From positions 1-8,618 of the forward strand of contig JBHGNT010001427.1 in NCBI GenBank assembly GCA_043228905.1: 8,618 nucleotides of DNA, read 5' to 3'. The notes beneath the pieces were generated by a model, which saw only the letters and a list, made by a program, of their open reading frames with translations, had not been told where the DNA came from and did not search any database. Source of the DNA: Azolla caroliniana. Taxonomy: Eukaryota > Plantae > Polypodiophyta. A program made the position numbers and the translations under genes. This document shows, piece by piece, positions 1 through 7,989 of this stretch; positions within the stretch are counted from its first letter, which is position 1, and each line of letters starts with the position of its first letter.

Positions 1-43
1 ACGCAAGGATCAATACCATTACCCTCTTGGGAAGACAATTTCC

Positions 44-134
44 ACTAGCTTCAGTAAATAGAATTGTGCAAATACTAGCTTCAGTAAATGAATCCATCTT
101 TTATTTTTAGGTCTAGTGTAAATTGTGCAAATAC
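44..134 (+). repeat. Interleaved short direct repeats (A-B-A..B)
   Basis: ACTAGCTTCAGTAAAT at 44-59 and 74-89; AATTGTGCAAATAC at 62-75 and 121-134. Confidence 0.85.
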
Positions 135-231
135 ATCCCATTGTCTTGTTATATGGTAACAACATCACAAGACTTGCCCCAACTATAATCCCAAATTTGG
201 CGACCAATTGATCATTATGAGAAGTCATGAG

Positions 232-274
232 CTCTCTCCTCCTCCCTCCCTCTCTCCCCCCTCTTACACACACA
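232..274 (+). repeat. Compound low-complexity tract: 34-nt pure pyrimidine (CT/CCT) run plus (AC)4A
   Basis: CTCTCTCCTCCTCCCTCCCTCTCTCCCCCCTCTT (232-265) then ACACACACA (266-274). Confidence 0.8.
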
Positions 275-929
275 TGTGCATGAGCATTTGAAACACTTGA
301 CCTACTTTATGAAATATAGTTATCATTTCACATTTCACGTAAAACAATGTTTGCATGTACAAACTCCCAACCAATGAGCAAATGTTCTTATCTTCGTCTC
401 TTTGCCCCATGCAAGCTTACTAGTAGTATATCCACCCTTGAGTACAACCATATATTTTGTCCCCAACTTGGTTATCTTTATTGTATCTTCTTATCTCCAT
501 CTTTTGTCATCTTATGCATTTCACACTAAATCTGGCAATTTTTTAAATTTTTGATGATGTGCCTTTGGGTTGACTAATGCTCCTACAGTTTAATATTAGT
601 TCCTTGGATGTTACTTCACATTTGATATGACTTGTTTTGGCTACTTTCTTCATATGAGAATCCCCTTAGACCAAAACACTATCCAAGCCAAAGGTAAAAT
701 TTATATAAAGAAAAAGAGCAATACAAGGAATGGTATGAAGACACATACAATAAACCTTTTTTTATCTCTTTTCATTGTTACATCCAACTATTATAAAGGC
801 AACACCATCATTGCTCAACCATTATCTCCAACACCATTCATTACGTCCACCATTCTCTCCAATGTCATAAACAATTCATTATGTTTCTTTTGGACCACCA
901 ATGTTTCAAAGTCTCTTATTTTCCAAGAA

Positions 930-2000
930 CAACTACGTTTGAAATACATTTTTAGCTCCAATTATTGTTGAGGTCATTTTTCTCTTGACAGAATTTGGTC
1001 GAGAATATGACCAAAATTCTAATGCAATCATTATCATATTATTTAGAGTTTTGGGACCATTGGATTATGGCCCAACTTGTATAGTTTCCCATTGCCGTCC
1101 ACGTGACCTTGGAGATTCTAGATAAAAACCCAACATTGTGAGGTAATAATTCATTATGCCAGTTGATGGAGTAGTAGTTTTCCACCTATAGAGTCTAAGA
1201 CTCGTTTTTTGAGTAGCCAAATTTTAAAGTTATCAACTTTTAGAAAGAACCTTTTCTTTTTTGTTTTCACAATGTAAAGCATGTTTTGGGACATGATACC
1301 TCTAATAATGGAAGAAAACACACTCTACATCAATAGCAATGTATTTTTGAATATCTTGAAGCTCCGAATTTCTAGACCATTCAAAATTTCTTCATGGATA
1401 TGCAATAGGAATATGCGTTTCCAAGAAACATGATAATGTTCGAGTTGATGAAGTTATTAGCTACACAAAATGGTTCTATTGTCATTGGACGTGATAAACA
1501 ATGAAGCTTACTATATTTGTAGTGGGTAACAGATCATGATATACAATGTGATACGTTTTCCTCAAAATTATAAAACTTTAGATTGCGAGATGCTTTTTAT
1601 CGTCATCGAACGTGATAAACAATGAAGCTTCATATATTCGTTGTGGGTAACATGTCATGATATATGAAGTGATACATGTTCCTTTCGAGGTTAAGTGGTT
1701 TTGATTGTTAAACTAATAGTGATGTTAAGATAACTTCCTTAAACAAATTGATTTCACCATCCAAGGTGCCATATGTCATTAATATTTTATGGACCATTTC
1801 TATTACATGCAATTTTATATCATTTTAACCAATAAAATACCTCGTGAACTTTTCAGAAATGGGTGTATTGTTTTATTTGAAGCCAAATTCAATTTTGCTT
1901 TGATACAAATCTATTTGATTGGACATAAGTTGATTTTCGCATTCTACCACAAAGCAACTTCATGTAAATTGAACTAAGCCATGTCTTAGGTAGTATTGGA
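930..2000 (-). pseudogene. Possible decayed Ulp1/peptidase C48-like coding remnant
   Basis: Motifs in the expected order on the minus strand: GTLDGEINLF (1770->1741; cf. WLxDEVINxY), DVExVFLPL with a frameshift (~1331->1304), VLDSIGG or VENYYS (~1202->1168; cf. YYDSL), K*YDNDCI..F..KF (1044->~990; cf. QxNxxDCG), WS*KCI (960->943; cf. FxQxxM). There is a long stop-poor frame at ~2000->1600. The catalytic HW motif is not recognisable. Confidence 0.3.
1473..1683 (+). repeat. Internal tandem duplication, 121-bp period, in copy 1
   Basis: ACGTGATAAACAATGAAGCTT at 1489 and 1610; GTGGGTAACA..TCATGATATA....GTGATAC....CCT in both units. Confidence 0.9.
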
Positions 2001-2002
2001 AC
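1995..2002 (+). repeat. Left 8-bp target site duplication (ATTGGAAC) of the hAT element
   Basis: Identical to 2306-2313; present once (ATTGAAAC) at 6737-6744 in the paralogous copy. Confidence 0.92.
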
Positions 2003-2305
2003 TAGGAATCGCCCACAACTCAATTCAGGCCTAAACCGAGCCGTTAAACCATTTTATAAACGATTTAGTAGTTCCGTTTGGTTTGGTTTGGTTCAGGCTT
2101 GAGCTTCATAAACCGGTTTGAGCTCGGTTTGGCAAGCTCAAGCTGAATCAAACCGAACCGGTTAAGGCTAAATAGTTTAGCTTTAATTGGTTTAGGATCC
2201 GGTTTGGTTCGAGTTTGAAAACTTCCAATCCAGTTAATGCTTAACTGGTTTGTTTTAGACAAGGCCAAAGCGGTTAAGCATAAACCGAACCGTTGCCGAT
2301 TCCTA
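2003..2305. mobile_element. Non-autonomous hAT-superfamily DNA transposon (MITE/Ds-like), 303 bp
   Basis: Termini TAGGAATCG (2003-2011) and CGATTCCTA (2297-2305) are perfect 9-bp inverted repeats, 12/14 when extended. Perfect 8-bp flanking direct repeat ATTGGAAC at 1995-2002 and 2306-2313. Interior is dense in AAACCG/AACCG/CGGTTT motifs in both orientations. The paralogous empty site ATTGAAAC is at 6737-6744. TAGG-starting short TIRs with an 8-bp TSD are hAT hallmarks. Confidence 0.92.
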
Positions 2306-2313
2306 ATTGGAAC
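2306..2313 (+). repeat. Right 8-bp target site duplication (ATTGGAAC) of the hAT element
   Basis: Identical to 1995-2002. Confidence 0.92.
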
Positions 2314-2849
2314 ACAAAATATTAGCAAAATCTTGTAAAGTCTCATAGAGCTAGGGGCACAACTAAACTTGGATCTAAATGCATATTTTGATTACTCAAA
2401 CTATGAAAATGTGATGATACTATGAAGATTCAATCTCAAGGTGTTTATTTACACATAACCTTTCTATGCTTTTACTTCTTCCTAGTTCATCATATCTTCC
2501 CTTTCTGTGATGTTCCAACATTAGGTTTTCTCACTATAGCCTTTTAACAACAATTCACTTGTTGTTTGGAAGGCTCATTTGAAATGCTATTGTAAAGCTT
2601 AGATTCCATTATGAGAAATGATTGTACTTATTTTTATATAAAATTAATAATTCTACAGTTTTGTAAAAGATAATACTAAATTAACTAGAAGTTTTTTATA
2701 TATAAGATGCTTTGTAATATTGTATGTTAATAGATAGAAAAAAGTACGCATATGTTTAGTAGTTGATATGTACATCAACATACTTTGTTTCAAACGTCAT
2801 GTCGCATGTATTCAATCATTTTTACTTCTTTGTTTTTCTAACCTAGATG

Positions 2850-3460
2850 GTTGAAGCCCAACCATCTTTTACTTCTCTTTCTTTCGATCCTCCATTTGTT
2901 TTTCATAAATATTCGCTAAATTCCAACACTCATTTGATACATGAAAGGATTTCTTCACGCATGCATTGGTAGTTTGTCACCTTCGATAATAATCTCTCGC
3001 AAAGACCTACTTGATATGTTCTCCTAGGTGCCCCTACTTCTCAAATATCATGTTCTCTCAACACGTGACATTGTTGCTCAAATCCACCACTAATTATTTA
3101 GTTGCACAACTTCCATCATAGCTTAGCCTTCCTACTATTTAGTCTTATTATCTATGATGATTTCACAGTACTTACTAGCCTTTGCTACAACAATTATTTT
3201 CATTATCCACTATGCATCGAAGAATTTACTCAAATGTATGTCTCCCATGAACATAATCAATCAATAATTCATGCATTCCTAATGTTATAAGAGCAAACAT
3301 ATAAAGAGACACCAAGATAGGCTTTGAGTACCAGAGTTACACTATTGAAAGATGTAATGTGATACCATAATATAAGAAGACAAACCAATGTGGGCCTAAT
3401 CATATCAAATAAGATTGAGCTTGGATGTTTCCCTTGTAGTGAGGGGGTCTGGGGCAACTA
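2850..3460 (-). pseudogene. Decayed FAR1/Mutator-like (MULE) transposase C-terminal region with SWIM-like zinc finger, copy 1
   Basis: Minus-strand translation 3090->3001 reads VVDLSNNVTC*ENMIFEK*GHLGEHIK*VF. This resembles the FAR1/MULE SWIM pattern CxCxxFExxGxLCxHIxxVF, but two of the Cys ligands are not retained. It is followed by YYRR*QT (cf. YILxRWTK); upstream are KAYLG... and HLSKFF. Many stops and frameshifts. Confidence 0.45.
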
Positions 3461-3499
3461 ATGTTAATAAGAGACACACTAGTTGAGCGAAAGGCCAAT

Positions 3500-4000
3500 T
3501 GGGGGAGCTTTGTGGGAACCCTTGAAGTCCAAGACTAAGCATGTATATGAGAAACTTAGGGCTTGGGGGGTAATTGGTCTTCTTTCAATTGTGCCTTTGG
3601 AGTAGATATATGTAGATTAAGTGAAAGAGATACAATAGTTATGCATGAGCTTGTGCCCACTAATAGAAATAATATGGTCTTCCTCACCAAATTTTCATCG
3701 TACTACCTCATTGTGTCTTTGAGCCACAAGATATAGGAACCTAGGAGAATAGAAAAAACAATGGCGTATATGCTAAACAAAAAAGAAAGGAGAAGGGCAT
3801 GTCGACCTTCAAGATATGCTCAAGTTCTAAGGTGCATGAGCATACCACCAAGCTTGAAGAATGAGGCCAATGAACTTATCTGTGAACACTACCACAATGG
3901 AAGGATCCAAAGGTGATAAAAAATATGTGAATAGCCATTATTTGAGACCACATTGGGAGAAAAGTGATTATAAGAGATCTGAGAAACTCTCGTAAGATCT
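3500..4000 (+). mobile_element. Degenerate L1-like LINE ORF2 3' fragment A (zf-RVT, WxxWxxRN, start of RNase H)
   Basis: EKLRAWGV (3549) ... LCPLIEIIWS (3651-3680) in one frame (cf. zf-RVT LRxWG...CP...IW). I*EPR (3731; cf. IWxARN). IPPS (3842). VNT...GSKGD (~3882-3917; cf. NTDGxSKGN). IAII*DHIG (3931-3957; cf. IIRDHxG, with CGA>TGA). Boundaries are approximate. Confidence 0.7.
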
Positions 4001-4019
4001 AATGACATGAAAGATCCCA

Positions 4020-4696
4020 TGATACCACTATTTGACCACATCTTAGAACTAAACCATATGTTCATCACATTCTACTATAGAGGATGTTGGTCCATCAACA
4101 TGAACCACATGAATAATGGATAGAAGTTTCAGGCAACAAAAAATGCATAATAAGAGTTATATGGGGCTTGGCTGAATGTAAGAGTGAAACCTTTATATGT
4201 GGAGATAAACCAATATCCCTTTGTCCAAGACTTACATCCCATCAAGCCATTATCAAAGAACCATACATAGTGGCGACTTGCATGCCAAATACAAAAGTGC
4301 TAGATAGCGACTCAACCTATGCATGTGTCAAAAACCAAAATGGGAAAATCTCAATACAATTTCTAACCATCCAACTCGAAAGAGGATGGCCTCAAGGGAA
4401 AAAAAGAGGATTTCTAAGGCAATCTATTTGGATGAGGGACAACAATCATCAGGGGCATAAAATTTCTCCAAATCTTTGTAATTAAATTTGTCTCAATAAT
4501 AGAACTTTTTATTCCTTCCAATAGTCCATGCAAGTAAAAGTTTGAATAAATGGAAAGGGAGAAAAGCGTGGGTACAACATGTGGAAAATCTTAAAAAACA
4601 TAATAATGCATATGAGTGCAATGGAAGAAGTCTCCTTATGTGATGCAATCATTGAATTGTGAGTTTCATATGGTCTAACATTCTAGGGCGGTTACA
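4020..4696 (-). mobile_element. Probable LTR (4033-4696, ~664 bp) of a Ty3/gypsy-like retrotransposon with adjacent degenerate tRNA-iMet PBS
   Basis: The minus strand starts TGTAACCGCCCTAGAA (4696->4681), typical of plant chromovirus LTR starts (TGTAACxCCC). It ends ...TTCTAAGATGTGGTCA (4048->4033), a 9/16 inverted match to the start. Five nt later is TGGTATCA (4027->4020), the first 8 nt of the canonical PBS TGGTATCAGAGC. No second LTR, TSD or gag/pol seen. Confidence 0.45.
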
Positions 4697-4799
4697 ATCA
4701 ACTCTATCGCCAAATACATTATTATCAATGCACATGGGAAACTACTATCTTGACTTTGCAATTTTTTGTCTTCTTTCATGTAGACGTGGTGTGGGATCT

Positions 4800-5570
4800 A
4801 GGCTCATAAGGAGGTTCCGCAAAAACACTCATAAGAGGAGAAGAAAAAAAGGGTAAGACTTCAATGAAGGTGGGCACTAAATCACTTGAAGGAAAATGTT
4901 ATGTTGTTGCAAACATTAATAAGTGGCTCATTGCAAGCAAGAATATCTTGACGAAACTTGATGACTTCGAGAAGAGGAGTCTAAGAGGTAAGAAAGTTTT
5001 GCAATGAAAGTTCTGCCCTATAGAAGAATCAATCGGGGATGTTTTGATTCAAAGGCAATTATAATGGAGGCTCATTGATAGGAAGAAACTCTTTATCATG
5101 ATAAATGAAGACGGAGAGGATCCAAACTTGCTTACATTATGTTAATAATCTGACTTTGTGTTGCGAATAATGTTTACTTTTCCATACTAGATGTGGAAGT
5201 AGTTGTGTGATAGATATAAAAAGAAGTAGCATTAAACAATGTCTATCTCATTGATGGCATCATTTAGTAGCTAAAGAAGTTCAACATGAACTGAACCCAA
5301 AGATGAAAGTCATGATGCTCATTGCTCATATGCACTTTCCCAACTCATGGGACATCTTCTAGATGGCATTATAAATGAACACACAATATGGTTCCTATGT
5401 CATGAAGAAGATATGGGGAGCATTTCTTGGTGTAAGGTAATCAATGAAACATTCCCCAAAATATGCCAAGTTGGCATTGCAAAAATGTCTCACTCATGGA
5501 CAACTATAGTGATTCATCATTATGCGAGTGTAATGCATTGCATCTTCCAAACCGTTTCTTCATAGCTTAC
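4800..5570 (+). mobile_element. Degenerate L1-like LINE ORF2 3' fragment B (zf-RVT through RNase H)
   Basis: One frame from 4921 reads KWLIASKNILTKLDDFEKRSLRGKKVLQ*KFCPIEESIGDVLIQRQL*W (cf. zf-RVT WLxxxxRILTxDNLxKR...FCxxEESIxHLFxxC...W) and Y*MWK* (5185). Then LDGII/MNTQYGS (5359-5395; cf. GxxKxNTDGS) and SPKYAKLAL (5453-5479; cf. SPxxAExxAL). Nucleotide homology to fragment C. Confidence 0.72.
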
Positions 5571-5585
5571 ATCCATCAAGAACTA

Positions 5586-5639
5586 TAGAAAATCTTATAG
5601 AAAATAAAGTGCGGAAGCTTATCATGTAGAAAATAAAGT
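5586..5639 (+). repeat. Short A-rich repeats after LINE fragment B (possible decayed 3' tail)
   Basis: TAGAAAAT three times, of which TAGAAAATAAAGT twice (5598-5610, 5627-5639). The tail interpretation is an inference. Confidence 0.4.
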
Positions 5640-5964
5640 ATAGACCCAAAAGAAACCTAAAATGGTTAATGAATTTCCCTCATACAATGTGTGAAAGTAC
5701 ATATTGTAACCTTAAGTGCAATAAGGTTTTTAATTAGCATGTGGACACTTAACAATCTTAGTTATTTGAATCTAAACAAACACACATGCATCATGTCTAT
5801 ATTATCTATTTATTACTATAATTTTAAAGCCTCAATTAAAAATGGTCATTCACAGATAAGATATAAATAGAAAAGTCACTATGTACACAAAAATTTGACT
5901 TTCGTATAATATAGTGGAGTATAACATGAATTAGAAATGGAATAGAAATTTATGGTTGCAACAC

Positions 5965-6745
5965 ACATGATAATGTTCAAGTTGATGAAGTTCCTAGCCG
6001 CATAAAATGTGGGGTATGATTCAAACTCAATTCATGTTTCCTTTATTTTCTTGAAATTATCATTTGGCAACATGCCTTGGAGATTCCGAAATTTTGTCTC
6101 CATTGGGAACTTTAAAGTTTAGATTATGACATGGTTTTATTGTCATCCAAACATTATAAACAATTAAACTAAATACACTCACAATAGGTAAGATGTCATG
6201 ATATATGATGTGATACCTTTTTGTCAAGATTATAAAACTGGCGTGCTTTCCTTTTGACATCTAGTCTTCATTGATAAACTAACTTCACCAATGTCTGCAT
6301 AAGTTAACTTTCTTAAACAAATTGATTCATGATACAAGTTGCCATATATTGACATTCACAATCAATAAGATATGATATATGATGTGATATATTTTTCTCA
6401 AAATTATAAACCTCGCATAAGTTCCATTCTGATTAACTAGTCGTGATTGCTAAACTAACATTGACCTCAACATAAGTTAATTTTCTTAAACAAATGATTT
6501 CACCATCCAAGTTGGTATATATTGATGTTTTATGGGTCAATTCTATTACACTGAATGCTAATATCACTTTAACAAATCAAATCCCTTGTGAACTTTTAGA
6601 AATTGATGTATTGTTTTGTTTGAAGTCAAATTTAATTATGCTTGATACAAATCCATTTGATTGGACACGAGCCAATTTTCATTTTCTATCAAGAAGCAAC
6701 TTCATGTGAAGTGAACTAAGTTATGTCTTAGGTAGTATTGAAACA
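5965..6745 (-). pseudogene. Paralogous N-terminal part of the possible Ulp1-like remnant, copy 2
   Basis: Minus strand reads QYYLRHNLVHFT*SCFLIENENWLVSNQMDLYQ...NLDGEII, matching copy 1 QYYLRHGLVQFT*SCFVVECENQLMSNQIDLYQ...TLDGEIN. Several frameshifts. Confidence 0.27.
6178..6525 (+). repeat. Internal tandem duplication, ~175-bp period, in copy 2
   Basis: ATGATATATGATGTGATA at 6197 and 6372; CATAAGTTAA(C/T)TTTCTTAAACAAAT at ~6298 and ~6471; TAAACTAAC and CAAGTTG..ATATATTGA in both units. Confidence 0.9.
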
Positions 6746-7169
6746 TGAGACATTAGCAACATAGAGCGAGGGGCACAAATTGAAACCATCTTTATGTATT
6801 TTTTGATATGAAAACTATTCCAAGTATGTATGGCGAAGTTAGTGACGAGATTCAATCTTGGTGCCTCTGTTTACACATTACCATGCTTTGTTTGTGTTTC
6901 TCAATCTTCTCTTTTTGTGTTGTTCAAACATTATATTTTCTCAATAGAGCCCTTTTAATAACGACCCATTTATTGTTCAAGATGCTAGTCTCAAAAGCAT
7001 ATGTAAAGCTTATATTCCACAATAAAAAATAATTGGATGTTTTGTTATATGTCAGATACTTTGCATATATAAGTTTTTGTTCCATATGTTGCCTAATGTC
7101 CAATAATTAATACATCAACATACTTTGTTGCAAACTTCGTGTCTCATGTATGTATTCACTAATTTACTT

Positions 7170-7815
7170 TTTTCTCTTATTTTTCCAACCACCCTCCATG
7201 CTATGAAACTTAGCCTTATTTTGCATCTCTTTTTGTTCCTCCTCAATTTGGTTCCTTAAAAGTTTAATAAATGCCACGACTAGATTGATACAATAAATGA
7301 TATCTTCACATCTCCTTTAGTGGTTCACCACCTTAAACATCATCGCTAGCAAATACCCATATGACGGATTGTAATATCATCCACCTACTTGAAGTATTCT
7401 CCTCAATGCCTCTACTTCCAAAACATCATGTTCTTTAACCACATGGCTTGGTTACTCAAATTCACCATTTAGTAATTTAGTTGCGCAAATTCCATTGCAG
7501 CTTAGCCTTCTTATAATTTAGTCTTATTAACACTTACAAACTTGCACCACTTGTTGCCCTTTTGCCACTACAATTATATGCGTGATCTACTATGCATAGA
7601 AGAATTCACTCAAATGTGTAATCCAAGCATTGATGTTGTCCCACTATTGTGAGAACTCCATATAAGGAATCACCAAGATGTTTGGTGAGTATAGGAGTTA
7701 CATGATTCAAAGACATAATGTTATACCATATTATTTTAAGACAATCAATGTGGACCCAACTATAGCAAATAAGATTGAGGTTGGATATTGCCCTTGTACT
7801 AAAGGGGGTCTTGGC
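7170..7815 (-). pseudogene. Decayed FAR1/MULE-like transposase C-terminal region, copy 2
   Basis: A single minus frame from 7468 reads MVNLSNQAMWLKNMMFWK*RH*GEYFK*VDDITIRHMGIC*R*CLRW*TTKGDVK. The 22-residue spacing from the SWIM His position to RW matches FAR1-type H-x3-V-x16-RWTK as I recall it. Paralogous to 2850-3460. Confidence 0.45.
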
Positions 7816-7989
7816 CACACTAGAACGAAAGGCCTAAGTGAAGACAAAGAAGTTCAACCCTCGAAGCCCTAAGTTTCTCATATTTAGATTTATGACATTA
7901 CTTGAGATCCTCTTCACTAAGAGTTACTCCACTAATAAATAATGTGAATTGCCATTGCCTGAGATCACACTTGGTGCAAGTGACGACAA

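Larger units (their letters stand above)
1404..3496 (+). repeat. Large diverged direct repeat, copy 1 (partner 5941-7834)
   Basis: Collinear shared anchors: ACATGATAATGTTC(G/A)AGTTGATGAAGTT (1428/5965), TGATTTCACCATCCAAG, AAGCAACTTCATGT, ATGTCTTAGGTAGTATTG, TACATCAACATACTTTGTT, GCTTAGCCTTC, ATTTAGTCTTATTA, CAAATAAGATTGAG, CACACTAG...CGAAAGGCC (ending 3496/7834). 20 mismatches in 87 nt for 3005-3091 vs 7383-7469. Weaker similarity may extend left to ~1270/~5680. Confidence 0.95.
5941..7834 (+). repeat. Large diverged direct repeat, copy 2 (partner 1404-3496); lacks the hAT insertion
   Basis: Same collinear anchors as copy 1, offset about 4.3-4.7 kb depending on indels. Confidence 0.95.

Noticed and set aside
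44-134. CRISPR-like repeat-spacer array
   Set aside because: Only two 16-bp repeats with a 14-bp spacer, no cas genes, and a eukaryotic transposon context.
19-971. ORFs 19-273, 347-529 and 627-971
   Set aside because: Low-complexity or F/L/I/S-rich translations with no recognisable domain; 19-273 reads through the microsatellite and filler repeats.
1789-1977. Paralogous plus-strand ORFs 1789-1977 and 6494-6709 as a conserved peptide pair
   Set aside because: The similarity is explained by the DNA duplication; starts, ends and C-terminal frames differ.
2065-2346. 93-aa minus-strand ORF
   Set aside because: It lies across the hAT element and its right flank; the KP/NR-rich translation is a by-product of AAACCG repeats.
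2845-2870. Rho-independent terminator (stem followed by T run)
   Set aside because: The context is eukaryotic, there is no upstream gene, and it is absent from the paralog.
3360-3367. Second TGATACCA as a minus-strand PBS
   Set aside because: No adjacent LTR end, and the paralog reads TTATACCA. This chance match also limits confidence in the PBS at 4020.
4271-4278. TGGCGACT as a plus-strand Ogre/Tat-type PBS
   Set aside because: Only 8 nt match, the continuation does not fit, and no matching upstream LTR is visible.
4168-5565. ORFs 4168-4485, 4659-4856 and 5347-5565
   Set aside because: They fall in the putative LTR, across its junction, or mostly in an off-frame of the LINE RNase H remnant; no independent support.
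1404-7834. The two ~2-kb direct repeats as paired LTRs of one retroelement (LARD-like)
   Set aside because: No TG...CA ends, PBS, PPT or TSD at their boundaries. The repeats contain coding-like remnants, and similar LINE sequence follows both copies.
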